Part shown: in pieces, positions 12,521 through 25,306 of the stretch
Layout of the letters: each line of letters opens with the position of its first letter
How positions within the stretch are numbered: the stretch's first letter is position 1
Assembly (NCBI RefSeq): GCF_018350175.1
Contig: NC_058378.1
Span: forward strand, 83,948,001-84,012,000
Direction of reading: 5' to 3'
Origin: Felis catus
Lineage: Eukaryota
Length of the DNA: 64,000 bases
Notes under the pieces: generated by a model
Database searches by the model: none
What the model saw: the letters and a program-made list of their open reading frames with translations, nothing else
What the model was told of the DNA's origin: nothing
Made by a program: the position numbers and the translations under genes

Positions 12521-13484
12521 ACTCCTCCACTCCCCCAGCTCTGCATTTCTGTTAAATGGATTTCTTTTGAGTGAGAGGTACTCATACCAAGTCGACAGAA
12601 ATGAGAGAAACCACGATATGTTTGAATTTCATAACCACTTTTCTCCTAGACACGCCACGCCAGGATCATTTTAAAAGGATTGTGACTAATTAGAGAATTG
12701 ATACCATTGGGGAAAAGTATGTTTTCAGATAAACCAGTAATTTAATTCTTTATATAATTACAAAGGATTGGGCTCACTGAAAGATGGAAGAATTCATTAT
12801 CTTCCAGGGAGATATTATAAAGATAGAGGTTTTTGTATAAATACCTAGAATTGCTCTACGTGTTAGTCATTATATTTCTTAAAAATACACATGTCATAGA
12901 AAGTGGAATGTTGGGGTGTCAACATACTAAGACAGGACCAGAGTCTGGATCAACACTCTGGAGTTTGAGCCTGGCTTTCTCACTTCTCCCAGCTGCGGGA
13001 GAACTCAACGCTTCTCAGCTGCAATCTTCTTTTTGGTAAAATCCATTGACTCCAGTGATTTGAAAGTATGTTGAATGTGCTGGATATGATGATGTAAGAC
13101 CAAGCAAGTGAAATAAGATTCCATTTCTTAGAGGTAGTCACAGTCTGGTGGAGGGTAGGATAGTGTATTTCTGCAAACATTTCTTGACATATATACATTC
13201 CACAAATAGGTGTAGAGACCTGGACTTACAGAAACACAAAAGCTAAAAGACCTAATTCTCCCCAAAAAGAATGGACTCAAAGTCAAGACAATGGCTACCA
13301 TTGATGGTCGATTTTTCTTGAGGGCTTACTGTCAGACCTCTGTACTGATTATGTACTGACACTATCTCATTTAATTTGTTGAAACACCATATACTGAATC
13401 TCTAAATTGTAAAGGATGAGGGGTACATCCCCCAGAGGAGAAAGAAATGAAAGACAAAGGGAACAGCCTCCAGGGAAGAACCAA

Positions 13485-14150
13485 AGCATCCATGTACCTG
13501 TTCATCTATTTATACCCCAAATATTCTGGGGGTGGGACACTGTACTGGGTTCTGGGATTATAGCAGGAGACAAAAACAGTCTTCACTGTTTTGCGATGAT
13601 CCAAAACATGCTCTTCAAGTGATTACATAGTTACTCAAATATTTTCTCAAACACCATGTCCAGAGTCTCTGTTTGGGGGGTGGTGACACCTGGTACAGAG
13701 ACTATGAGGCAGACTTCATCCCACCAGGGCAACAGGCAGTGGAGCTAAGATTTAAAGGAAGAGAGGAGAGAGCTAGCCCTAGTTGAGAAGGAAAGAGAAA
13801 CCAGGGCAGGGAACAGCAGGTGTGAGGGCCGGGAAGAGGCCAGGAGGCTGGAAGTTGAGACTGGAGATTGGAGCAAGGTTGGGATGGAGGGCTGGTGGCC
13901 CCTGCAGGGCCTCGCCGACCACGTGAGGGCATTCCGTCCTTGTGCTAACAACTACAGAAAGCACAGAGACTAATCCAATTTGCATTCTGACTGTGGTGTG
14001 GTGGAAAGATTGCAAAGGGTCAGCATGGACACTGGCTCACCAGACAGGAGGCCACTGCCATGGTCTGTTGGTAGTGTGGGAGAGGAGGTACGTAGATGAC
14101 CTCATGGTACTTAGGAACTGTTCTGCCTGTCCACCTGGGATTCCTCTAGG
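13485..14150 (-). mobile_element. Degenerate L2 fragments
   Basis: ttcatctatttat...gacactgtactgggttctgggattatagcaggagacaa; agctaagatttaaagga...ggcagggaacagcaggtgtgagggcc. Confidence 0.65.
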
Positions 14151-14159
14151 ATGCAGGTG

Positions 14160-14652
14160 ATACAGGCCATATAGGTCACAGATTCACTCAACAGAGCAGG
14201 GTCCGTACATGTTTTTCTCCGAAGCAAGAATCTGGAGACCGCCATCCCAGGGTGGGTGCAGTGGTTGTAGGATCCCACAGGGTGCATGTCCAGGCTTCTT
14301 CCCTCTTCTCTGCAACCCTTGGCAAGGACCTTCATTCCCTCAGGCACTCCTGACTACCTGAGGGTGCCCCAGTGTAAACCTCTTCACATTCCAGAAAGAA
14401 AGATGGAAGCAGCAGAAGGAACGGAAAGCAGGCATTTCCCAGACACCCCAACTCACCAACTCTTGGCTCTCTTTGGCCAGAATTGTGTTGCATGAACACC
14501 TTGGTGGTGAGGGATGCTGGAGGTGAAGTTTATTTTTTGTTTAGCTGCTGGGTTTTGGCCAGGAGCACTGTTGCCCAAATAAAATCAGATTTTTTATTAG
14601 GGAACTAGAAAGGAAGAGTGGATATTGGGTAGGCAACAAACAATGTGACCAC
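14160..14652 (-). mobile_element. MaLR LTR, old MLT1 type (MLT1K-like)
   Basis: Ends in aaaatcagatttttattaggg...ggatattgggtaggcaac...gtgaccaca; internal tctttggccagaattgtg. Confidence 0.7.
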
Positions 14653-14699
14653 ACTTCCCTTCCCTTCCAGTCACTATATTGTTTTGTATTGATGCTATT

Positions 14700-14856
14700 T
14701 ATTAATACCTGGCTACGGTCCTATTTGTTGACTGTTTTTCCCTCCTGTAAACTCCAGGATATGGAGGGCTTACTTGTCTTGTTCACTACTGATTCCCACG
14801 AGGAGAGCCTAGCACATAATTGGTGTCTAATAAATACCTGTTGGATGAATAAATGA
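14700..14856 (+). mobile_element. L2 3' end
   Basis: ctgtaaactcc...tgtcttgttcact...gcctagcacataattggtgtctaataaatacctgttggatgaataaatga. Confidence 0.75.
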
Positions 14857-14869
14857 GAGGTGAATTCTT

Positions 14870-15270
14870 GCAGAGTTGGTGACGGATAGGAAATGGGGGA
14901 GGGGGATTTGGAGAGAGAAGCTTAGAATGACTCCTGTTTCTACTTGCTCCCAGGAGCAGGTGGTGGAACCATTTATGGGGCAGGGGAGCCTGCAAGAGGG
15001 CAGTTCAGGGGTGAGGTGGGCTGGCTGGTGGGTGCCAGAGGGAGCTCCAAATGGGCAGCTGGCTAAACAGATGTGGAGCTCGGAGGAGAAGTCTGGCTAG
15101 AGATGCGCCTTTGAAACTCATCCAAGAATAGGTGGAAATCAAAGCCAAGGTTGTGGATGAGATTACTGAGGGAGAAAACATACGAGGGAATGACCATTCC
15201 GTCCCTGGCAGTGGAGGTTAGATAGGGGAGAGGTGTGAGAGATGAGCTGAAAATGCTAGAAGAGATCAGC
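14870..15270 (-). mobile_element. L2 internal fragment
   Basis: gggcagctggctaaacagatgtggagctcggaggagaagtctggctagagat...gtggatgagattactgaggga. Confidence 0.7.
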
Positions 15271-15324
15271 TCCAGGTGTCTTTCTCGCCCTAGTAAGGCA
15301 CCAGGATTGAACTAGACCCCGTAC

Positions 15325-16620
15325 TCATTCATCGATTCACTCAGTGAATATTTATTGATGTTTACTATATGCCAAGCACTGATTCAGGCCATGAGCTATG
15401 AAAATGATTAAGAAACTGCCCCAAAGTACCTGGCTGCCCCACTGGGGAGAGAGGAATGTGAAGAAAATACCATAATTCAATGCAGCAAGTGAAATGACTA
15501 AGATATGCACACAGTCATCTAAGCCAGAGAGAGGGCTGGGTGCGTGTCGGCATGGCATTGGAGCTGCTGTAAATGATGCCCAGGGGTGAGCCAGGTGGCC
15601 AGGTGTGTATAAAAGATACATCAACTCTAAGAGATGCCATGGAAGGCGCATGGTTTGCTCAAAGCACTTTGAGCTGTGCAGCGTGATTGAAGGCAGTAGC
15701 ACCAGTGTGGAGGGTGGCTTTGAGGGAAAGCTGCATGGGAGGAGAATGGTCAAGAGGTCTGGCAGTGGTCTGGGCTGGACGAGTCCAGTGCTGGTTCGGA
15801 AAACAGATTTTATCGAACGTGAAGATGAGGGAGGTTGGGGCATTGGCAAGGCTGGAGGTCAAGCAGGATTCTCAGACTTCTATCTTGGAGCACAGGCACA
15901 TGGTAATTCTACCAACGACCCAGGGGAAGAATCATGAGGGAGAATGAGGAAACCACCTCTGGTTGAATTACCCACCTGCAGGATACTATACTAATGGACT
16001 TCTGTGGGCTAATAATATTGGTAGTAAAAAAGAAAGAAACAGAGGCTGGGATGTCTCCCAAGTTTCTGCCTTTGGTGGCCAAGGGGACCATGGTGCCAGG
16101 AGTGGAGAGGAAGAGGCATAGATATGGGGTAGGAAGTCTTGTTTCTATGAGGCTCTCACTGGGGGTGTCTGCCTAAGGACCAGAGGGTGGGGTCTGGAGC
16201 TTGAGGAACAGAGGGTTTTTTTGTTTCTTTTTGTTTTTGTTTTACATGTTTTTAACTTATTTTTGAAAGAGAGAGAGTGCGTGTGCATAAGTGGGGAGGG
16301 GCAGAGAGAGAAGGAGACACAGAATCCGAAGCAGGTTCCAGGCTCTGAGCTGTCAGCATGGAGCCTGATGCGGGGTTCGGACCCACGAACTGTGAGGTCA
16401 TGACCTGAGCCGAAGTCTGAAGCTTAACCGACTGAGCCAGTCGGGCGCCCCAAGGAGCAGAGGTTTTTGAGGCTCGAGGAACAGATCCCTATTGAAGCCA
16501 AGGGAAAGGTCGGCTCACCAAGGGGAGGAGGAGGGCTGTTGCATAAGGGGTTCTGAACGTGGGGGTGGGAGAGAGCTGTGTTGGGGGTCAAATGATATGC
16601 AGGCACAAAGAAGTGGAAGG
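15325..16620 (-). mobile_element. L2 fragment interrupted by a Can-SINE
   Basis: tcattcatcgattcactcagtgaatatttattgatgtttactatatgccaagcactg (antisense L2 tail), followed by L2 body. Confidence 0.7.
16216..16451 (-). mobile_element. Feline Can-SINE
   Basis: Antisense body ending gactgagccagtcgggcgcccc; TSD aggaacagagggttttt / aggagcagaggttttt. Confidence 0.95.
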
Positions 16621-19149
16621 AATTATTTCATGACACTAAAGGACGTTGAAAATATTGTGTGTCGATAGTATCGATCTAAGATTACACATACCCCAAAATT
16701 ATTAATGGCTGCAATTATACAAACAATATAAACTTCAACTATGAGACCCATATGTGTATATATTTCATGCATTTACATGTTTTATAAATGTTTATGTCCA
16801 TATATTCATATGGTAACATCCAGCCCCACACTGATAGGACAGAAAGAAAAGTCAGAAATGCACCAGAAATGCCGGCTTCTGACTCACTAAGCAAGTAGGT
16901 CGCTGGGATGTGTGACGGGAGAGAAACACCATGGACTTGGAGGGCTTGGAGGGTGTCGCCTGAAAACCTCCTTCCCACACATAGATGGATTCCTCCAAAC
17001 GCCCAGAGAAAAGTGTAAAATTCAATCTATCCACATGCTTGTGTTTATGTTGAAGAGCACACCACAGTCCTTTCGACTGAACAAAGGCTGTTTCCCTGAA
17101 TTGCCTCAAAACCCACATTAACTCTATGGCAGTGACTACAAAGCCTAGGCTTCCGACTCCCCAAACCAGCTTTAGAAGTCTGAAATCAGTGTGTGTCCGT
17201 AAGATGGTGGGGGACCTCGTGCTCAAGGAGAGTGGTCCCTGAGTGGACAGAGGCGCCTTTTTCTTGAAGGCTGCTCTTTGAGGTGGTGGGTTGTGGGGCT
17301 TGAGGATCCTTCACAGACGAGCTGGGGGACCCCTTACCAATCGACTAACTACTCTTCCAGCGGTTTCTTTATCTGAAATAATAATAATGTGGCTAGAGGC
17401 CATGCCTGCCCCCCAGTGTCACACCGCGGGTCTGAATCGATCAGTCGCGAGGACGCGTGCCTAGGGCAGGATCTCAGCAAGCCTAAGGTACCTTTCTCCC
17501 ACAAGCACTAGGGGAGAGGGGCCAGGAAAAATCCAATCAAGGAAAGAGAATACTGGAAAAGATAGGCTGCTCTGTGTCAGAAAGTAAACCTGGGCTTTCC
17601 CCCTTCGTCTGCCACAAAGGAAGCATTTTGCAGCCCTACATTCCTTCCAACAGGACAAGGGTCTGGCTTCCCGCTGGCCTCGAGTGATCCCTGGTACTCC
17701 CTGCCCAAGGCTTCATGAGGTCAGCTTGACAGACAGGGGGTGTTTTCTCAAGGGGGTACCAACCGTCCTTCACTCCAACTTGGTTCCCTTTGTTAATGAT
17801 AACCACGTGGAGCCGAACGCATGCCTCTTCTGGCGGCCAAGGTGCATTGTCTCTTCGTTCGTGTATTTTATGCTTTTGATTTACAGTTTGCATGCACTTC
17901 TCGGCTACAGAGTGCTCAGCCCCGACCACGCCCTGGGCACCGGGGAAGCCCGGGTAGAGCATCCCGGCCCCAGGCAAGGAGCGTCCCGAGAATGGAGACC
18001 TGGTCCCCAATGCACGCGCTGCTCTGGGGAGCAGTGCAAGTGCCAGGGTCCGTTTCGCTCTGCCGCTAATTTGTATTCCTTTGTATCTGTGTCAGAGCTT
18101 CTGTCGTGAAGGCACAAAGGGACGCCCCGGCCCTGCCCTGCAGCTGCCACCCTGCGCGGTGACACGTGCTCGCCAGGTGGCCACGCAGCATCGCGAGCGG
18201 CACCTTCTCGCTGGACGCGGGATTTACCTCCAGGAGGCACGCCAGGCTCTCAAAGGATAAGAGCTGCTGGAAGTCGGTTCTTTCTCTCAGCTGCCTAACG
18301 CAGAGCAAACTAAATAGCTTCAGTGTAATCACAGTCCGTGTCGGTGAGTGTGAAGGCTTGTAAGATTCAAGGGATTTCATTGGACCCGCCTCTGTTTCTA
18401 TTGCACTGGAAAGACTTGCCCCTGCTGCTCTGTCACCTGCAGGGCGTGGCGGCCCCCTTTATGGTCTCCACGTCAGTCCATCTGTCCGTCTGTCCCTCCT
18501 CAGCTCCTGTCTGCACGGGGCGTCCCCACTCAGGAGTGAAAAATGCCACCTGTATGTATCTTGACCTGCCGTGACTTTCAGCGTCAGGTCTTTGATGCAC
18601 GACAGCCCGGGTCCTCAGCCTGGTCTGCAAGGTCCTCCTGGGTCGCCCTGTCAGTATCTGGCTTGTCCCTCATCGGCCTCCTCTTGAGCTACTTGGTAAA
18701 TAGGGTGTGTGCATCTCACCAGCCCGGCTCCCTTCCTCGGGCCTGGCTCTGGCCACAGGGCTATCCTGTAGACGTCTTCTGCTTGCCCAACACATTGTCA
18801 CCAGCAGCATCCTCAGCCTGGAACACACACACGTGCATATACACGCACTCACACACAGACACGCACAGTCGTCCCTCCCCGCCCTGCCCATCTCTTAGTG
18901 TGCATTTGACATGTGGCTCCCAGGTGAGGGTCCGCGGGCTGTCGGCGGGCCAGGCATGGCTTCCTGTCCTCGCTCCCTGCACCTGTCCTCACACCATTCC
19001 CCAGCTCCTGGTGACACCACTCACCATGGGCTCCCTGAGGCTGACTTGACATTTGACACTGTTCCAGACCAGAGCCTCAGGAAGGAGCGCTCAGTCTGTC
19101 ACAAACATGAAGGGACCGCTGCTACTCGACAGCGTGGGGCCATGGATCC

Positions 19150-20110
19150 CACAAATGTTCCACGAAATGCGCTGTGGATGTCCTAGAACTGGAAGTGGCT
19201 AAGTGGCCAAATTAAGAATAATTTATATGAGTAAATTATAATACACCCTTAAGACGGAAAAAGAACGCACCATTAGGCATTTTTTTCAGAGAATTTTTAG
19301 TGCCCTGGGAAAATGATCACAACAACAGGTTGAGGGGGAAAAGAAACATAAAGAACCAAACACACCGCCTAGCAATTATTAAATAAATGCAAACACAAAA
19401 CTTAATTTGCTAAATACCTATTACGACATATTAATATAATACATAAAATAGTATGGGGTGGGTACCAGGTGCAGAAATATCAAAGGCAACGATCAAATAT
19501 GATTTTTTTATTGCGCTTTTTCATGATCAGAAGGAAACACTAAAAATGTAGGGAAAACAAACCCTTAACAAAAGAAAACCCTAGTCTATACCTTTTTCTT
19601 TTTCATTCTGGAGCGCTGACTCAGCAATGCTATGTGGCCTCGTCATCCCTCAGTGTCTTCCTACACCCACACCGCCGGCCCCACCCACCCCTGCACCCCA
19701 CACACCCACACCTCTAGGCACACCTACAGCTGTGCCCCACACACCCACACTTCCATGCACATCCACACCTGTACCCCACACATCCACACCCACACTTGGT
19801 ATCTTTTTGGAAAATAAAACCCAGTGTACCAAAGTCACTTTTAAAATGTTTATATCTGTTGACACGGTATTTTTTTCCTCCCAAGAAATGTATCCTAGAA
19901 CATACATAAAATTTCATATAAAATATAATCCATGTAGTTATTTATAATTTAAAAAGTGAAATGAAATGGAAATAATAGTCAGATAAGGGTTACAGTATAA
20001 CAAATATTTTTTATAGTCGTTGGAAATCGCACCACAAGCCCGTGTCTAAGCCCTCTGCCCCACCCTGTTCCAAGATGTCATAATGACATGAAATACAAGG
20101 AGGAAAAGTA
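19150..20110 (+). mobile_element. Highly decayed old L1 (L1ME-like) 3' fragments
   Basis: aaatgttcc...aactggaagtggctaagtggcca...taaattataatacacc; tttaaaatgtttatatctgttgacacggta...aagaaatgtatcctag. Confidence 0.5.
19682..19795. repeat. Degenerate 39-bp minisatellite, about 3 copies (CA-rich)
   Basis: Units at 19682-19720, 19721-19759 and 19760-19795 share cacc.ac..ctg..ccccacaca.ccacac. Confidence 0.75.
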
Positions 20111-20750
20111 AAAAAGACACAGACACACAAAAACCCAAGGAGGGTCCACACGTCCTTGGACCCAGGAGAATAGAACACCAGGCAATGAAATAGATCCAGG
20201 CTGCAACCCGCTGTGCCTGGCAGAGCGGAAGCTGCTCGAAGTCTCAGGTAGCCATGCTCATGGACCACAGACACCCCAGCTGAAACTGGGCATGGGAGGA
20301 GGGAAAAATCCAGACCTAGCCTCCTGCCCAGAACTGAGCCCAGCACCAGTGAGGGCAGTGACCTGGATGGGCCTGGTGTCGCATTGAGGTCCAGGGGAGC
20401 CAAACTACAACAGGCAAGCTGCCGGCCTGGGCAGAGCAGGGACGGGGACAGAGAAGTCTTCTCTCTCAAGACGCAGAACACAAAATACTGAGAAACATTT
20501 GCACACACCCAGTGCCAAGAGAAGCAGGTAACACAGTCATCGGGGTAAAGATGCATTTGTTCCGGATGAAATTAGAACAATAGACTTACATGAAAAAGAT
20601 CTTAAAATAAGTTTGTTTAGAATCCTCAAGTAAAGAAAAAAAATCTACTCTTAGAAGGCAAAGCATATGAAGCAAAAAGGAAAACTTCAAACAAGTGTAA
20701 GTAACCACGAAAAAATGAGCCAGTTGGAAACCTTAAAAATGTAACAGACA

Positions 20751-20967
20751 GGGGCTCCTGGGTGGCTCAGTTGGTTAAGTGTCCGACTTCGGGTCAGGTC
20801 ATGATCTCACAGTTTGTGAGTTTGAGCCCCGCATCGGGCTCTGTGCTGACAGCTCAGAGCCTGGAGCCTGCTTCGGATTCTGTGTCTCCCTCTCTCTCTG
20901 CCCCTCCCCCACTTGCACTCTGTCTCTCTCTCCTTAAAAAATAAACATTAAAACAAATTTTTTTTTT
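20751..20967 (+). mobile_element. Feline Can-SINE
   Basis: ggggctcctgggtggctcagttggttaag...; TSD aatgtaacagaca / aatgtagtggaca. Confidence 0.95.
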
Positions 20968-21584
20968 AATGTAGTGGACAGAAGGCAGGCTTCTCAACAG
21001 CAGCGAAAGAAGCCTCAGTCCGCTGCAGGCTGGTCCCCGAAGCGCTGTGAGAAATCATTTGTCAACTTAGATTTCTGCACCCAGCTAAATAGGATTCAAG
21101 AGTGAGGGAAAAATAAACACATTTTCAGATCAACAACGGTGAAAATTTGCCACTCAACCACCCTCACTGAAAGAGCTTCTTGGAAGTCTGACTTCAGCAA
21201 GAATGAAGGCAAACCCAGAGGGAAGACGTGGATGTAAGAAATATTGATAAAACACATTGGTAAATGTAATTAATTATTGACAGTGAGAAATAATAATTAA
21301 TTATGTGTGTGTTGCACGGTGAACTCAACCTTAGGCAACCTTAGTGAGGAAGGGGGAGGGGCAGGAAGTGAGTTGTTGGGTCCTGAGAATGTGCTGAAGG
21401 GCTGCCTCTTGCTCAAGAGAGAGATGGAGAGATGGGGAACGGCCCCAACAGGCATGTTCAGATAGTGGCTATACGACATCGAAGCAGAAATAACCACAGA
21501 AATAGGAATGCAATCTGTAAGTGGGTTCCAACAGAGAAACATACAAAGAATACAGACAAAAAAAAATTGAAATCCCTTAGCGAA

Positions 21585-21793
21585 GGGGAGGGCTGGAGGC
21601 TCAGTCGCTTGAGCGTCCAACTTCAGCTCAGGTCATGATCTCACGGTTTGTGAGTTCGAGCCCCTTGTGGGGCTCTGTGCTGACATCTCAGAGCCTGGAG
21701 CCTGCTTCAGATTCTGTGTCTCCCTCTCTCTCTGCCCCTCCTCCACTCACACTCTTTCTCAAAAATAAATAAACATTAAAAAAATTTTTTTAA
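21585..21793 (+). mobile_element. Feline Can-SINE
   Basis: SINE body and tail; TSD gaaatcccttagcgaa (21569-21584) / gaaatccctcagagaa (21794-21809). Confidence 0.95.
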
Positions 21794-21974
21794 GAAATCC
21801 CTCAGAGAAAATAGAAATGAGAAAGCATACAAAGAAATGTTGATAAAAGGGGCCCAAGAAGTAAGATAATCATAATTCTAAACGTGTCCCTTATTCCCAA
21901 GAATATAGTAGATTAAACCTACATATTAATTTTTTAAATTCAGATTAAATATATATGTATATTTCCTATTACAA

Positions 21975-21979
21975 ATATA

Positions 21980-22035
<56 letters not shown>
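21975..22035. repeat. Compound (TG)n(TA)n microsatellite
   Basis: Seen directly. Confidence 0.9.
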
Positions 22036-22072
22036 AAATATTTGCTTATTTGATGTTAGAGACACATCTAAG

Positions 22073-22272
22073 AATGGCTCAGTTGATTAAACATCTGACT
22101 TCAGCTCAGGTCATGATCTCACCATTCGTGAGTTCAAGCCCCGTGCCCGGCTTTGTGCTGACAGCTCAGAGCCCGGAGCCTGCTTTGGATTCTGTGTCTC
22201 CCTCTCTCTCTGCCCCTCCCCTGTTCACATTCTGCCTTTTTCTCTTAAAAAAAAATTAAAAGCAACATTAAA
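22073..22272 (+). mobile_element. Feline Can-SINE with eroded 5' end
   Basis: tggctcagttgattaaacatctgacttcagctcaggtcatgatctc...ctctctctctgcccctccc...A-rich tail. Confidence 0.92.
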
Positions 22273-22860
22273 AGTTTTTAAATAGAATGAGCAAAAATAT
22301 TTTCAGTTAAAAAAATGGAAAAACATCTCAGGGACTGAAAGAAAACTCTTTTAATTGTATTAATATAGAAAATATAAAAATGGAAGGTGAAAACAGACTT
22401 TATGAGTTAAAAATAATCAATAAAGAAAGTATTTCAATAAATTTAATTAGAAAACAATAATAAAACACATTTTAAAAAATAAAAGATTTGCTAAACAAAC
22501 CCTAGTTCAAAGAGGAAATCCTCACGCAGCGATGAAAATTGTAAAATAATTGGAATGAAGGGCCATGACACAAGTTCATACAAATACTTGTGGGATGTAT
22601 CTAAAACGGTATTTGGAGGTAAATTTATAGCCTTAAATACATTTGTGAAGAGAAAGAAACACTGAAATAAGTAAAAAGAAAATCAAAGAAAGAAATAGCA
22701 ATTTCAAAAGCAAAAGTAACTGAAATACACAGAGATCTAAAGACGGTTCTTGAGAAAGACTAATTAGACATAAAAAACAACAAGAACTCCAACAAGAATG
22801 AATGAGAGAAAAGGGAAAAAAAGTGCTAAAAGTAAAGACATTAAGAATGGAAAGGAGGCT

Positions 22861-23052
22861 GGACACCTGGGTGGCTCAGTCAGTTAAGTGTCTGTTGATT
22901 TCAGCTCAGGTTGTGATCTCACGGATCCTAAGTTCAAGCGCTGCATCGGACTCTGTGCTGATATCATGGAGCCTACTTAAGATTCTCTGTCTCGTCTCTC
23001 TGCCCCTCCCTGCTCCCTCTCTTTCAAAAATAAATAAATAAACATTAAAATT
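22861..23052 (+). mobile_element. Can-SINE (older variant)
   Basis: ggacacctgggtggctcagtcagttaag...; TSD aagaatggaaaggaggct / aagagtggaaaggaagct. Confidence 0.93.
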
Positions 23053-23607
23053 AAAGAGTGGAAAGGAAGCTTAACTATAGACACAAAATACTCTAAACAA
23101 TTTAATGTCAATAGCTGTGAAGTTAGAGAAAATGTATGACTTTCTGGAAAATATCAATACATTAATAAATTGTATTTTATTAATAAATATGGATCAGAAT
23201 AAACCTACACTCGCTGAATAAATTGAATTGTTAGTAAAATTCTAGAAAAAAAATAGTAAGTAAATAAGAAGCTTAGTAAAAAAAAAAGCCCCCCAAAACA
23301 CTCTCCCAGATAGTTTAGAGCCAAAGACAGCCTTACGAGTGAATTTTTCCAGACCTTCAAGAACAGGTAATCCCAACCTCACATGGTCATAAAGACTACA
23401 AAATAATCCAACGTCCACCGAACTCAGGTTTTTTTCCAGGAATGAAAGAATGGTGCTACATTTATAAATATCTATTCCACATTAACAAATTAACAGAAAA
23501 ATAACATTTTAGATGTGATCATCATAGTAGTTTCAGAAGGCACTGAATAAACCACCACTCCTGTTAAGCAAACAATTCTTAACTAACAAGAAATAGGAGA
23601 AAACTTT

Positions 23608-23991
23608 GTTGTTTAAATTTTTTTTAATGTTTATTTTTTTTTCAACATTTATTTATTTTTGGGACAGAGAGAGACAGAGCATGAACGGGGGAGGGGCAGA
23701 GAGAGAGGGAGACACAGAATCGGAAACAGGCTGCAGGCTCTGAGCCATCAGCCCAGAGCCCGACGTGGGGCTCGAACTCACGGACCGCGAGATCGTGACC
23801 TGGCTGAAGTCGGACGCTTAACCGACTGCGCCACCCAGGCGCCCCTTTAATGTTCATTTTTAAGAGAGAGAGACAGAGCATGAGCAGGGGATGGGCAAAG
23901 AGAAAGGGAGACACAGAATCCGAAGCAGGTTCCAGGCTCTGAGCTGTCAGCACAGAGCCCGATGTGGGGGACTGAACCACCCAGGTGCCCC
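23608..23991 (-). mobile_element. Older Can-SINE with an internal deletion, interrupted in its tail by a younger SINE
   Basis: Outer TSD aggagaaaacttt at 23595-23607 and 23992-24004; body jumps from gatgtggggg to actgaaccacccaggtgcccc. Confidence 0.9.
23638..23845 (-). mobile_element. Young feline Can-SINE (SINEC_Fc-like)
   Basis: Nearly identical to the reverse complement of 5240-5460; TSD tttaatgtttatttt (23623-23637) / tttaatgttcatttt (23846-23860). Confidence 0.96.
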
Positions 23992-24977
23992 AGGAGAAAA
24001 CTTTCTTAACCTAATGAAAGAGACCATTCCTAAACAAAAAGCAAGCCTAATCCCCAGTGGCAACATATTATCAGCACTTCCTTTAAAGTCAGTTACAAGG
24101 AGAGAATATCCCAGATAGTCAATGCAATATGAATACAACAAAGTTTTAAAATGTAAGGAGTGGTCAAAGGATCTTATTTCAGGAAAGCATTATGTCTATC
24201 AAATGTAACTCGTAGGAGAAACCAATGGGCAATCGTCATGAAAACCCATTCATAACCTAGTAATTGTGAAACAAAACAGAACAGGATCTTGGATGTCAGA
24301 CTGGCAAATGTTTTAACAACAGAAACCAGTGCTGTTAAGTGAACTCTAAAATGACACTCAAGTACTCCCTCAGTGGGCACTTAAATTGGTGTGGAAAGCA
24401 ACTTGTAAATAAATATTGTTTTTATTTATAGGAGTTAATGGGGATATAGACTTTCCAAGACAAGGAGGATGATATTAACATCTTAAAGCTTGGATGCTGA
24501 TGTCCTGGAATATTAGCTGGCACTTTTCAAGCCTTGGTAAATGAATAAAAGAAACGCGCACAAACTATTTACACGATTCGGATGCATTTGCTGTTTTGTT
24601 GCAAATATTTTCTCAGTGTCTGATTGATCTTTTCTGATGTCCCAAGTAGTTTGTCCTCTCGGGGTCAGGCAGCTGGAGAGGGGAGGAGTGGGTTGCAGCC
24701 CAGCTATATCCTAGGGAAGGGCCGACGCCTTCATCCACAACACTTCATTGGATGTGAGGGTGTGGCATGGAAGGAGCCAGACAGGTAGGCAGGGACCAGG
24801 GAGAGCGTGAGATTTTTAGCACCCTCAGCTAAGGGGTTTGGGCTTTGTGTAATAACTCCTCCAGGTGAAGGCGGGATGGGCAGTATAAAAGGCTTGTGCC
24901 TGATAGAGGAAGGAGGTTCTGGGGAGTAGTTTTAATTTAATAATTTTAAGCAAGGGAATGACACAATCAAGTTTTTA

Positions 24978-25300
24978 ACAGGCAAGGAGGGAGGTATGGA
25001 TAAGTGGAGTATGGAGAATTTTAAGGGCAGGGAAATATTCTGTATGATACCTTAATGGTGGCTACCTGCCCATTGCACACTTATCTAAACCCATAGAGGT
25101 GCAGCACCATGAGGGAGCCCTAATGTAAACCATAGGCTTTAGTTAATCGTAAAGTGTCAATATTGCTTTCTCAATTCTAACAAATGGACCACATTAAAGT
25201 GAAATGTTTCTTACAGGGAGACCGGGGAGCCGGGCCAAGCTGAACTCTGTACTTTTCAGTCATTTCTCTGTAAATGTAAAAATTTCTTTAAAAATACACT
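24978..25300 (+). mobile_element. L1MC-type 3' end
   Basis: aaacccataga...ccctaatgtaaaccataggctttagttaat...caattctaacaaatggaccaca...gaactctgtactttt. Confidence 0.85.
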
Positions 25301-25306
25301 CTATAT

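Larger units (their letters stand above)
20470..24250 (+). mobile_element. Old degenerate L1 (L1M) with ORF1 and ORF2 remnants, hosting six SINEs
   Basis: ORF1 C-terminal remnant near 21060-21200; 22579-22659 translates YKYLWDVSKTVFGGKFIALNTFVKRKK (L1 ORF2 motif YQNLWDxxKAVxRGKFIALNAY); later caggtttttttccaggaatgaaagaatgg (QVGFIPGMQGW region). Confidence 0.85.

Noticed and set aside
20762-20944. Recurring peptides such as VAQSVKRPTSAQVMIS in several ORFs, suggesting a gene family
   Set aside because: These are translations of Can-SINE copies
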